From Tubulanus polymorphus (lineage: Eukaryota; Animalia; Nemertea): a stretch of DNA of 64,000 nt. The position numbers were made by a program, and so were the translations under genes. Positions 1 to 11,900 of this stretch are shown piece by piece (within the stretch, counting starts at the first letter, position 1; every line of letters begins with the position of its first letter). The notes under the pieces are model-generated. The model was not told where the DNA came from and searched no databases. It saw nothing but the letters and a program-made list of their open reading frames with translations. Where the stretch lies: positions 25,152,299 through 25,216,298 of the forward strand of contig NC_134025.1 in assembly GCF_964204645.1 (NCBI RefSeq). Direction: 5' to 3'.

Positions 1-65
1 GTTAAATGTCGTATAAAAACTGACCATTGAACCCTTTGATAGTAGTATAATATGATATAATTTGT

Positions 66-1466
66 TTATTTCAGCATATCTTTCAAGTACTGGCGGGCGA
101 CTAATCTCTGTTTATGAAACAAATTCATGACGTCTTCAGCAAACTTAGATGGCATCTGATCATATTCGGTGTCGACCTCTGTCAGCCTTTCGACGGCCGC
201 TTCTTTATCGAATTTCTGACAGACCTCATTATTGTAAACGTCCATCGCTTTTCCCTTCAATCCCTTGCGTTTACACAACTCAAAAGCTAATCTGGACTCG
301 TCTATCTGACCGACACACTCGAACGCGTTGTGCTTTCCTAAACCCAGCATTTGGCGATAGTACACTTGATTTTCAGGCAGGTCCAGCAGGTTTTCCTTGA
401 ATATCGAGTCGACCAGATTTGTCGGCAGGTATGCCATATATTCTAGCCAAACGTAGGCGCACTTTGCGCATCTTTTGCACCATGGTTTCACCACGTTACA
501 CGAATGAGTATAAGGCAGGTGAACAGCACCAAACGAATTCAGCATAGTAAATATCAATACATCATTAATTGGTTTGAGAATACTGAAATATTTGAAGTTA
601 GAAATCAGGTTATCTCTAATGTAAGAATCAAACATCATCTCTTCTTCCTGACTCTTGCAATATTGATGATTAATGGGTAGTCCATTCTTCTCCCAAATCA
701 AATTCGGGTGTTCGGCGCTCTTTTCGTGGCCCAAGTTCATGTAGCGATATCGATATTGAAGAATGACTGGCAGCGATCCAAACACCGCACGAAGCGTTTC
801 ATCTTCTTGCAAGGTTTTTATACCCACATCATTCATGTGGACAATCGGACAATCTAAGAAGTCATCGTACATCGATATTTGATGATGTTTGCGCGATTTG
901 GTGCAATTATTTACTTGATCGCGAATAAGTCGAAGTTGTAAAGGTGAAGTGCCATAAATAGTGCCGCTATAACCAAGCGTGCCGTACTCGACTCCAACTT
1001 TTTCTAAAATGGTAGTGCACATCAGACTATCTTTACCTCCACCGTTCAAAGACAGCATCTCGGGCCCATCAGGTGGTGACATCTCAACGGGCACAGGAGA
1101 GCAACCACTTGGTTTATTCAAAAATGTTGGGCCTTTATAATCAGGGAGATCATTCTCGTACAACCATTGGGAATACGCACCCATGAAATGTTTTAGCCAC
1201 ATTTTCTCGAATGCTACCGTATGGTAGTGTTCATAACAACCCAGGTCGATTAACTTCGGTTTTAAACTTTGCAGTTTGCTCATCTCAAACGCAGCGATAT
1301 GGAAATACACCCTATCCATGTATTCTTTTCCGTACGTATCTTCCAGTTCGTAGAAATTGACATCGTGGTACCACAGTGATGTTGTAAATTGTAGATCACC
1401 AACACCATACACCATACTAATTTGGTGTTTGGCGCGGTTGTAACACTTCAACAAAACAACGGCCAT
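66..1466 (-). CDS. MurL-like (UDP-N-acetylmuramoyl-L-alanyl-L-glutamate epimerase-like) PP-loop ATP-dependent enzyme, tandem copy 1
   Basis: Intact uninterrupted 466-aa ORF. Motifs LNGGGKDS (PP-loop), HEKSAE..N, NHQYCKS, HSCN, WCKRCAKC and KHNAFECVG occur in the order recalled for bacterial MurL. Splice acceptor tatttcag lies 4 nt before the ATG. Confidence 0.8.
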   Translation of the reverse strand: MAVVLLKCYNRAKHQISMVYGVGDLQFTTSLWYHDVNFYELEDTYGKEYMDRVYFHIAAFEMSKLQSLKPKLIDLGCYEHYHTVAFEKMWLKHFMGAYSQWLYENDLPDYKGPTFLNKPSGCSPVPVEMSPPDGPEMLSLNGGGKDSLMCTTILEKVGVEYGTLGYSGTIYGTSPLQLRLIRDQVNNCTKSRKHHQISMYDDFLDCPIVHMNDVGIKTLQEDETLRAVFGSLPVILQYRYRYMNLGHEKSAEHPNLIWEKNGLPINHQYCKSQEEEMMFDSYIRDNLISNFKYFSILKPINDVLIFTMLNSFGAVHLPYTHSCNVVKPWCKRCAKCAYVWLEYMAYLPTNLVDSIFKENLLDLPENQVYYRQMLGLGKHNAFECVGQIDESRLAFELCKRKGLKGKAMDVYNNEVCQKFDKEAAVERLTEVDTEYDQMPSKFAEDVMNLFHKQRLVARQYLKDMLK

Positions 1467-1906
1467 GATACTGAAATATAAAATCCAGATTTCATGAATT
1501 CATGTTCTGTGATATATACCTTTGACGATAAAAACGGTATTCACACCAACATATATAATTGTACATATTGTAGTGTCAACCCTCACTATCTGCCACATCG
1601 GCCTTCTGCCAAATATGTTGAGTTGCCAGGTTTGGAAAATTTAGTTCATCGTACGTCTGTTAATTATATGGATCGTACTGCCCAATATGCGTCAAGCCTC
1701 CCAAATCCATATGGATTGATTGACATATCAAATGAAATCCATCTGTAAATTACTTGTATTCATTCATGTCCTTATTACATGAAATAACACACATATACAA
1801 CGCATGTATAGAGCATAGCCTAACGATCCAAGTAAACCCATTACGGCTAGAAATGACAAGACCATTTATCGGCCATCTTGAATCTGGTTGACCCACTTGC
1901 GTTTTT

Positions 1907-1996
1907 TATACATCCAGGGATGAAAAGTTACCTCAACGACTTGAATACAATGGAAAGGTTAGGGTTTCGGGAGGTAACCTTTCGTTCCTGGATATA
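1907..1996. mobile_element. Short fold-back (MITE-like) insertion
   Basis: Imperfect inverted arms atacatccagggatgaaaagttacctc / gaggtaacctttcgttcctggatata. Not seen in the homologous region upstream of copy 2 (~5000-5150). Confidence 0.45.
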
Positions 1997-2397
1997 CCAT
2001 AGCCCCCAACTAAATCGAAACTATTAAATCATGGTTGAATTACCGAATTCAAACTAGTTGAATATGGCCCCCAAATGCTGGAAAAACGCATCTGAGCACT
2101 TGAAATATAATTTTTTTCCGGGGGAGTGCCCCCGTCCACGTCCCTGAAGTGGGCTCGCGCCTTTGGCGCTCGTTTTCTGAGCACCGCCATGCTTTAAATT
2201 CGACCTAGCGAAAACACTGCATTATTATAGAGAAGATTATTAATACGTATGAAATGATGCTATAGCAATATTGTGTAATAGGCATCAGAGTTAATATTGT
2301 GATCCGTATTGGAGTGAACCAAAGATCCGTGAAAATAAATTGTATGTCTGATTATATGGGTCCTATATGCGTGCTAAAGAAACGTTGTTTTACCTAC

Positions 2398-2452
2398 CTT
2401 CACTTTATTCCAACTAAACTCCCTTTGCCTACTGGTACTAGCTCTATATATA
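2398..2452 (-). promoter_or_regulatory. Putative TATA box and non-coding first exon of MurL-like copy 1
   Basis: On - strand: TATATATA at 2445-2452, then consensus donor AAG|GTAGGT at 2398/2397. A homologous donor AAG|GTATGT lies at 5285/5284 for copy 2. Confidence 0.45.
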
Positions 2453-3167
2453 GATGTCTGGTGTTCTGACCTTTGTAGTGAGTTAGTCCTTTTAGTTCAT
2501 GGTGGCGCTAGCTGCATATACATGCCTTTATGCCTATTTTACTGAGAAAGACGCTAACAAAGAAGCCATATCTTTTTTTAGAACAGGAACCACGTCTATT
2601 TATTACTATAATCTATCAGTTCATAAATTCACAGCAGTGGTGTGTGTACTTTTAATAATCATAATGGCCAATGCTCTTTATATATTTATGTGGACTGCAT
2701 TAAACCTATCGGATTTTCATTTCGCTGTGAGCAATACATATTCAATCTATGATTCAAAATCGAATGTCGATATATCGCAATACGTTTAAAATGAAACCAG
2801 GTCCTCATTTCCTCAGGTTCATCTGATGTTTTGTGCCGAGATCGAGAGCGGGGCCATGGAAGTGCCCACAGACTATGTTCGTTTTTAATGGTGCGCACCA
2901 AACTTCCCGGTATAAATTTTTCCTTGATTTCAACACCGACATTGCAATGAGTTTCTTCATGTACATCGTTATATTCAAGTCAAAACGTTTTGAAGATACT
3001 ACTAAAAAGTTTTAATCAAAAAGCTAAAATCTAAATAAATTCAAATTAGATATGATACAAATTATTTGTAATATGTAAGTAACATTCAAGATGCAATCCA
3101 CCGACAAATTTGAGGGTTAATGTTGTTTTAGAAACTGACTATTAAATCTTATACGATATATACTTGT

Positions 3168-4568
3168 TTATTTCAGCATATCTTTCAAGTACTGGCGGGC
3201 GACTAATCTCTGTTTCTGAAACAGATTCATGACGTCTTCGGCAAATTTAGATGGTATCCGATCATATTCGGTGTCGACCTCTGTCAGCCTTTCCACGGCC
3301 GCTTCTTTATCGAATTTCTGACAGACCTCATTATTGTAAACGTCCATCGCTTTTCCCTTCAATCCCTTGCGTTTACACAACTCAAAAGCTAATCTGGACT
3401 CGTCGATCTGACCGACACACTCGAACGCGTTGTGCTTCCCTAAACCCAGCATTTGGCGATAGTACACTTGATTTTCAGGCAGGTCCAGCAGGTTTTCCTT
3501 GAATATCGAGTCGACCAGATTCGTCGGGAGATATGCCATATATTCTAGCCAAACATAGGCGCACTTTGCGCATCTTTTGCACCATGGTTTCGCTATGTTA
3601 CACGAATGAGTATAAGGCAGATGAACAGCATCAAACGAATTCAGCATGCTGAATATCAATACATCATTAATTGGTTTGAGAACGCTGAAGAACTTGAAGT
3701 TGGAAATCAGGTTATTTCTAATGTAAGAATCAAACATCATCTCTTCTTCCTGACTCTTGCAATATTGATGATTAATGGGTAGTCCATTCTTCTCCCAAAT
3801 TAAATTCGGGTATTCGGCGCTCTTTTCGTGGCCCAAGTTCATGTAGCGATATCGATACTGAAGAATGGCGGGCAGCGATCCAAACACCGCACGAAGCGTT
3901 TCATCTTCCTTCAGAGTTTTTGAACCGATAGCTTTCATGAAGAGAATCGGACAATCTAAGAAGTCATCGTACATCGATATTTGATGATGTTTGTGCGATT
4001 TGCTGCAATTATTTACTTGATCGCGAATAAGTCGATGTTGCAAAGGGGAAGTGCCGTAGACAGTATTGCTATAACCGAGCGTGTTGAACTCAACTCCAAC
4101 CTTCTCCAAAATGGTCGTGCACATCAGACTATCTTTACCTCCACCATTCAAAGACAGCATCTCAGGCCCATCAGGTGGTGACATCTGAACTGGCACAGGA
4201 GTGGAACCACTTGGTTTATTCAGAAACGTGGGTCCTTTATAATCAGGGAGATCATTTTCGTACAACCATTGGGAAAACGCACCCATGAAATGTTTTAGCC
4301 ACATTTTCTCGAATGCTTCCGTGTGGTAGTGTTCATAACAACCCAGGTCGATAAACTTCGGTTTTAAACTTTGTAACTTGTTCATCTCAAACGCAGCGAT
4401 ATGGAAATACAACCTATCCATGTATTCTTTTCCGTACGTATCTTCCAGTTCGTAGAAATTGACATCGTGGTACCACAGTGATGTTGTAAATTGTAGATCA
4501 CCAACACCATACACCATACTAATTTGGTGTTTGGCGCGATTGTAAGACTTCAACAAAACGACAGCCAT
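3168..4568 (-). CDS. MurL-like PP-loop ATP-dependent enzyme, tandem copy 2
   Basis: 466-aa ORF colinear with copy 1 and carrying the same motifs. Acceptor tatttcag lies 4 nt upstream of the ATG. Confidence 0.8.
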   Translation of the reverse strand: MAVVLLKSYNRAKHQISMVYGVGDLQFTTSLWYHDVNFYELEDTYGKEYMDRLYFHIAAFEMNKLQSLKPKFIDLGCYEHYHTEAFEKMWLKHFMGAFSQWLYENDLPDYKGPTFLNKPSGSTPVPVQMSPPDGPEMLSLNGGGKDSLMCTTILEKVGVEFNTLGYSNTVYGTSPLQHRLIRDQVNNCSKSHKHHQISMYDDFLDCPILFMKAIGSKTLKEDETLRAVFGSLPAILQYRYRYMNLGHEKSAEYPNLIWEKNGLPINHQYCKSQEEEMMFDSYIRNNLISNFKFFSVLKPINDVLIFSMLNSFDAVHLPYTHSCNIAKPWCKRCAKCAYVWLEYMAYLPTNLVDSIFKENLLDLPENQVYYRQMLGLGKHNAFECVGQIDESRLAFELCKRKGLKGKAMDVYNNEVCQKFDKEAAVERLTEVDTEYDRIPSKFAEDVMNLFQKQRLVARQYLKDMLK

Positions 4569-6031
4569 GATTCTGAAATAGACAATCCAGATATTTTGAA
4601 TTTCATGTTCTGCAATATATATTTGACGATAAGGTCATGAAAGCAATATACACGCATTATAATTGTATTTGTATATTGGACAGCTAACCCCCAATTACCT
4701 GCCACATCTGTCTCCCGCCCAAAATGCTGAATTCCCAATAAGAAAAATTACTTAGTTTATTAGGTAAGTGATGTTCGGTTTCTCAGCCTCCCTCCTATGC
4801 ATCCCCTATAGCAGTGGCATTAGTAAAAATGTACCAATTCATATAGATCGACATAATGAAATCCGTGTGTAAATTATTCGTATTAATCCCTGTCCTCATT
4901 ACATAGAATATCATATACAGCATAGCCTAACAACCAATGTAATCCCAAATTTCAGGCTAGAAACAAGACCATCTGGTCATCCATCTTGAATCTGAATGAG
5001 CCAATTGTTTTTGACGATGTAACTGAAACAAAATTATGGTTATGTCCAATATTCGTCTTCTGAAATATAGTTGATTTTACAAATAAAATGATGCCGAAAC
5101 ATTTTAATCATTCCTGATGATGTTGGCGGGAGAGATGTTTAGACAGGCCTGCTGTGTTAACCTTTCGATGTCTAAATCGGATATGAACCAAAGAAATATC
5201 CGATAGTGAAACTATTCAAGCGTATGTGTGACTATGTAGATATGTGCCCAGTATGCATGCACGAGAAATGTTCTTTACACATACCTTCCCCTTCTTGCAA
5301 CAATCCCGTCGACTACAATATTAGCTAATGTTCCGATGTTGGCAGTGAGTTTGCCGTTTAATACATGGTGGCGCTAGCTGTAATCTACGAGCAATTATCT
5401 AATTGTTAGATAATTGCTAGTAGCTGTAATAGGTATGCCTATTTATGTCACTAGACATGCCTACTTGGATAAACGTTAAAAAAGGTCACCGGTCTTCTTG
5501 TTTGCAAGAAGGAACCACGTCGATTTATGACATAGGCTATCAGTTCATTAATTCACAGCAGTGTGCGTGCACGTATAATAATCACATACGTTTTTTATTT
5601 ATTCGTAAACTGCATAAATCTGTTTTAACCATTTTGTTGGTGGAGAGCAATAATCGTTGGATCTTAATTCAAACAGAATGTCGATATACGTTTACAACGA
5701 AATTGTGTCCTCGTTTGCTGTAAAGAATTGCGGCATTTTGGTCCAGGTTATGATGTCCTGTGTACCACGGATTGACTGATAGTGAGAGCCGGGCCGTGTC
5801 CACAATGGCTTGTTCGTTTTAAGCACCGCAGGCCAAAATTCCCGCACTAAATCTAGAAAATTCAATATCTATAGTAAAACAAAGGTATTATTAACACCAG
5901 AATTATTCATTTCATAAGTATTATGTATTTGCCATCTATATATGCACTTGACATTCACAGGTTATCAATTTGGAATCGATTAATGGGAATTGTTTATCTA
6001 TTCTATTCGAGCCGTTGATCCCTGCGTTTCG

Positions 6032-7432
6032 TTATTTCAGCATTTCTCTAAAGTACTCTCGGGCAATTAATTTCTGCTTCTGATAGAGGTCCATGACGCC
6101 TTCAGCGAATTCAGATGGTATCCGATCATATTCGGTGTCGACCTCTGTCAGCCTTTCCACGGCCGATTCTTTATCGAAGTTCTGACAAACCTCGTTGATG
6201 TAGTCGTCCATCGCTTTTCCCTTCAATCCCTTACGTCTACACAACTCAAAGGCTAATTTGGATTCCTTGATCTGACCAATACACTCGAACGCATTGTGCT
6301 TCCCTAAACCCAGCATTTGGCGATAGTATACTTGATTTTCGGGCAGGTCCAGCAAGTTTTCCTTGAATATCGAGTCGACCAGATTCGTCGGCAGATATGC
6401 CATGTATCCTAACCAAACGTAGGCACACTTTGCGCATCTTTTGCACCATGGTTTCACCACGTTACACGAATGAGTATAAGGCAGGTGAACAGCATGAAAT
6501 GAATTCAGCATGCTGAATATCAATACATCATTAATTGGTTTGAGAATGCTGAAGAACTTGAAGTTGGAAATCAGGTTATCTCTAATGTAAGAATCAAACA
6601 TCATTTCTTCTTTCTGACTCTTGCAATATTGATGATTAATGGGTAGTCCATTCTTCTCCCAAATTAAATTCGGGTATTCGGCGCTCTTTTCGTGGCCCAT
6701 GTTCATGTAGCGATATCGATATTGAAGAATGACGGGCAGTGATCCAAAAACAGCAGGGAGCGTTTCATCTTCTGCTAATGTTCTTACACCGAAATCGTTC
6801 ATGTGGACAATCGGACAATCTAAGAAGTCATCGTACATTGATATTTGATGGTGTTTGTGCGATTTGCTGCAATTATTTACTTGATCGCGAATAAGTTTAA
6901 GTTGCAAAGGTGAAGTGCCGTAAATAGTACCGCTAAAACCAAGCGTGCCGTACTCGACTCCAGCCTTCTCAAAAATCGTCATGCATAGCAGACTATCTTT
7001 ACCTCCACCGTTCAAAGACAGTATCTCGGGCCCATCAGGTGGTGGCATCTCAACTGGCACAGAAGTGGAACCATTCGGTTTATTCAAAAATGTTGGGCCT
7101 TTATAATCAGGGAGATCATTCTCGTACAACCATTGGGCATAAGCACCCATGAAATGTTTTAGCCACATTTCCTCGAATGCTTCCGTATGGTAGTGTTCAT
7201 AACAACCCAGGTCGATAAACTTCGGTTTTAAACTTTGCAGTTTGTTCATCTCGAACGCAGCAACATTGAAATACACCCTATCCATGTATTCTTTTCCGTA
7301 TGCATCTTCCAGTTCGTAGAAATTGACATCGTGGTACCACAGTGATGTTGTAAATTGTAGATCATCGACACCATACACTATGCTAAGTTGATGTTTGGCG
7401 CGATTGTAAGATTTCAACAAAAGAACGGCCAT
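6032..7432 (-). CDS. MurL-like PP-loop ATP-dependent enzyme, tandem copy 3
   Basis: 466-aa ORF colinear with copies 1 and 2 but more diverged at the termini. Acceptor ttttag lies 12 nt upstream of the ATG. Confidence 0.8.
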   Translation of the reverse strand: MAVLLLKSYNRAKHQLSIVYGVDDLQFTTSLWYHDVNFYELEDAYGKEYMDRVYFNVAAFEMNKLQSLKPKFIDLGCYEHYHTEAFEEMWLKHFMGAYAQWLYENDLPDYKGPTFLNKPNGSTSVPVEMPPPDGPEILSLNGGGKDSLLCMTIFEKAGVEYGTLGFSGTIYGTSPLQLKLIRDQVNNCSKSHKHHQISMYDDFLDCPIVHMNDFGVRTLAEDETLPAVFGSLPVILQYRYRYMNMGHEKSAEYPNLIWEKNGLPINHQYCKSQKEEMMFDSYIRDNLISNFKFFSILKPINDVLIFSMLNSFHAVHLPYTHSCNVVKPWCKRCAKCAYVWLGYMAYLPTNLVDSIFKENLLDLPENQVYYRQMLGLGKHNAFECIGQIKESKLAFELCRRKGLKGKAMDDYINEVCQNFDKESAVERLTEVDTEYDRIPSEFAEGVMDLYQKQKLIAREYFREMLK

Positions 7433-8984
7433 GATTCATTCGATCTAAAATATAAAATTCACAAAAATTACCAAATACATAGTTATCCATGAGTATCAAT
7501 GGTTCTGTTCCTGTATATAAACGTACCATTAATTAGAACCCAATATGTCAGTCATCCGGCGCGCAAAAATGCGTTCTAACTGTGACTGAAATTCTTATCT
7601 CCCTCGTCACCGAAGGTCGTGCCCTGTGTATGCCTAGTAATATTCAATAATGACAGAACAGAATAAGAGCAGTTGAAAAGTTCACATGAAAGGTATTAAA
7701 ATGCATCGAGATTATCTTTCCAACTGCATAAAAGGCTTTTCCAAGATTGGCAGTGGCATACATTTTTTCGATGTCCAATATTGAAGCCTGCATCTCTGGC
7801 ACTGTCAAGACCCAACCATTACGAAGGAAATGTATCGTTGATACTATAGCAACTAGTAACTTCACTGACGAAGTGATATATTGCAGAGCTTTATTGAAAA
7901 CTATACATCGATACATTGTTACTGATTAAACGTTGTAACTGCATCAAATCTGACGTCAATGGAAGTTCATTGATCTTTGGCCAATCTTATACAACGTATA
8001 CGTGGTCGCAATACAGGAATTGGATTTGAATACACCGGCTAAACCAGTTATATTATATACACCTGTTCATAAAATATTCCGATATAAGGAGTTTTTGTTT
8101 TGTTTCATATTTGAGGCAATCCATATTCAAATATTATTTCACTAGACAATTTCGTTGTCAGTATATTCTAAGGTTTTACAATACCACTAGACATACCGCG
8201 TTGGAAAGATATCTTTCCATTAAAAAAAGGAAAAATGTATATGAAATTTGCTTTGGAAATGGGCGCACATTTACGTGCTACGTGATTATCAATGTCGGAA
8301 AAAATACCTTGACGTTTTCCTTACATTTTCAGATAAGGGCAGAAATTCCATTCTGCTTGAGCTCGGAGACGCGAAAAGAATGAAATGGCCTTATGAATAA
8401 AAAAGTGTTCACTATGTTTTGTCACTTCTTTCTACAACTTATTTACATGTTTTGCAGGGTAAATCATTTTCAGATTATTCTTTTTCCATTCATGATATTT
8501 CAATCGTGAATATGATTCTATCATTTGAGTGTAGACACGTTACCAAGGAATTAAATCCGTCTTTAATTCCTCCGTAACAACGTGGATTTGTATCAGGGGA
8601 TTGGATTACAACCGCGCCAGTACTGACAGCACAGAGCTATCAGTACGATATATTTTAATCTCAGTGTGCTTGTTGCTGTTGTTTTCTTAAATCCCCATTC
8701 ATTTGCGTTTGCAATCAACTATAAACGGTAGAACAGGCCCATTATTTCTCGACGGGGATTATTATTGTCATTCGGGTGGCTTGTATTGATCACGGTCTAA
8801 GCACCGCAAGACTGAAAACCGCGGTGAACGTAGCTATAGTACTGAGAGAGCTACCCGTGTTAATAAAGATATCATTAAGATATTCATTAGACGGAAATCA
8901 ACAAATTCATATTTCGGTGGCGAATTGGAATATAAAATTACTGTTCTAGGGTGTAAATCGATTTGCTTGGTGTTTCTGGTTAGA

Positions 8985-11900
8985 ATGGCCTCGGATTATC
9001 CAACGTTTGATGTCCCTCCAGAAACAGAGAAGGTAAATCTTAGTACATAAATGTCGTTACTAAGTGTTTAGCAGCAACTTCTGTACTCATCTCTGCATAG
9101 CAAACATCAATACTAAAATAACAAGTAATGTATTTTTATTTCTCAAAATTGTTGTTTTTCTTTTCGTGAAATTAGGTAGATCGTACGTACGGCAATTCAC
9201 CGAATTATCCAAGAACTGGGAATATTTCACCGGCAAAATTCCAAAGGACGTCTTCCACCACTCCCAGAAACAATCGGCACAGATCGGAGGATTCGGTAAA
9301 CGATGCCGATGACATCACTTCTGATAATGAAGATTCGAATATATTTTTGACGGAAATTGATTTCGTGCGAGAAGCACAAAAGGAGGAACAGTCGAGAATT
9401 GATGACGTAGTGCCGTCTGCTCCGAATGAATTCGACGAAGATGAAGTTTCGGACGCCGATACAGATTTGTCAGAATGCGAAGGTGCGTGACAACACGATT
9501 TCCTCAATATTTATATCGATGATTCATGAATGAAAAAGTGCAGGACCTTGTTCCACAGACATGAACTACATTTAACGACATATTCAGTAAAGATTAGATC
9601 TTCCAGTTATCAAACAGTGAAACTGGGTCCTGAATTCCGTCCTGAAAATGGGTTTTTGATTTTTTGAATCGCAAGACATTGGATCTCGACTAGATTTCTT
9701 AAAGATGAAATTTCAATTTCTATCTTATGGTCCGTTTCGAGATTTTCTCACTTGTGCAAAAATATCTGTGTATTTATATTTCGCAATATCATCATTTGTG
9801 ATAAGAAATTGCGTTACACATTTGAAATGCGTTATAGATATGTTTGACTTGCTTTGATTTTTGATCAAATCAAATGCATTTGATCATTAACTTTACATAT
9901 ATATTCTCTCACATGTCATGCTGTATTCAATCAATATGGCCATAATATGATATGAACCTAAATCACAAATAGACTTTAGTGCGGTTAATTGAAGTACGCA
10001 TGATAGAGTGTACACCAGTTATAAAACGGATTAAGATAATAGCGTAAAGCCCATTGTACGTGCTCAGGATCAATTAATCGTTAGTGCACGGATCGGCAGA
10101 CGAATTGAATTGAATTTACTACGAATAAATTCCGGCCAAAAACCGTTTAAGTTTATTCTGAAAATATTCCTTATTTGTACAGAAATAATAGAAAAATACC
10201 AACGTTAAATCGTATTCATTTGTGATCACAATCTATATTCAACGATGTTCTCAGGGTTGTACAGGTAGTTCGAGAAAAGGTCATGATTCTGATAAGCGAA
10301 GTACGTATATTCATCTACAGGCCTACCAAATAACCTTTTTGAAACATAAATGCATTTATACGTTAAACCGCCAAAGTCCAGATCGACAGTAGAAAACAAT
10401 AGAATATTGGACTATGGAAATTACATTTTGAAATTTTGTTTCCAAAGACTAAGCAGCTTATCTATTGACCCCTTAACCTATCACTGTTATCTACTTTGGA
10501 GCCTTTATCTTTATTTTTTCATATCCCATACTTGAATATTGAACTGTCTAGGTCATACCTTGGTGTAATCGGACTGATTACTCCGATGTCGTACTTAATT
10601 CATGTCTGAATTATTAAAAAATCGAACTACATTCAAAGGACTCTGAACTAATTTTCTAGCTATTCTTTCTTGTCTTTCTCCCTTTACTGCAGATTTTAAT
10701 CCGGACAAAAAAGAAGTCGACCTCAGCGGTTTAACCGGGTATATTGAAAAGTGTGAAGAACTGGGGGTCGTTCCGATTACTCCTTTTATCAAAAAGATGA
10801 ACCTGGAAACAATGGACATAAAGCACTACTGCTGTGGACCGGTTGGTGCCGAGGCAATGTCCCAGCCATTGATGGTAAATATTCAGACAAGTCGTAAACC
10901 ATTACGCCATCTATCAGACATCAGACATGATCGAAAAGTTTATGACTTTCAGATAAATACAACCTTGACAAAATTGAATCTCGAAGATAATGCTGTCGGA
11001 GCTGAAGGGGTGAAACATTTAGCAAAAATGCTATTAGAAAATTGTTATATATCGGAACTAGTAAGTGTATTCAGCCTTGTTCTGATGAAATATACATCTG
11101 TATATAAAATTCTTCATTTTTCTTGATTAGAATTTAGCGGGAAACGATCTTCGTAGTAACGGCGCTGAAGAACTCTGTACGGCGTTAAAAGCTAATCAGT
11201 TCATTACGAAGCTCAATGTTTCAGGTAAATAAAACGTTAGAAAATTGTTAAATTTATTTTCTAGCATTTGAAACGTCCTGGTTTTGACCCTTTGATTGCG
11301 ATTTGAAATTGAAGTTAATCTTTTTCTCAATTCAGGAAACCATCTCATAGACAGCGATGCAGATTTATTTGTTGAAGTATTAGAGGTATGCACTCAGCTT
11401 TCCTGTGTCATTACCAAAATTTTTCCATTTGAAAAACCTCCTAATTCGTACATTTGTAGGAAAACCGAGCATTACGAGAACTAGACCTGAGTCACAATGA
11501 ACTAGGAGATGCAGCCGGCGAAGAACTCGGAGAAGCCATAGGTAATGAACCGATACAACAAAGAGTGTTCACATTCTAACTTTATATAAGAAAAAAACGT
11601 ATTCATGTCTATAGAATACGGTATATTGTCGCGCATCTTTTATGACGGTATTGAGTCTTTCAATGAGCAATGACATAAACTGCCACGTGTCACCACCACG
11701 AGCCAATCTCATATGATATACCGCATGAAATAGAGATAAAAAGTCAATAAACTCTGATAAGATGTTCGCATGTGTGTGAAAAGTTCATTTTTCGGTTTCT
11801 GTGAAATTACTGCTTACATTGGGAGTGTCGCTGAGGATCGGCTTCACACTCAACATCTATCGGAATCTGTTGCTTCTTCTAATAAGAGTCAGGTGATAGA

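Noticed and set aside
149-6449. Short ORFs overlapping the MurL-like genes (149-400, 3251-3502, 3981-4181, 6246-6449)
   Set aside because: Antisense or alternative-frame shadows; their similarity simply reflects the duplication.
66-7432. Bacterial contaminant contig or operon
   Set aside because: Spacers of about 1.5-1.7 kb are non-coding with splice signals and MITE-like inserts, base composition matches the host, and there are no partner mur genes.
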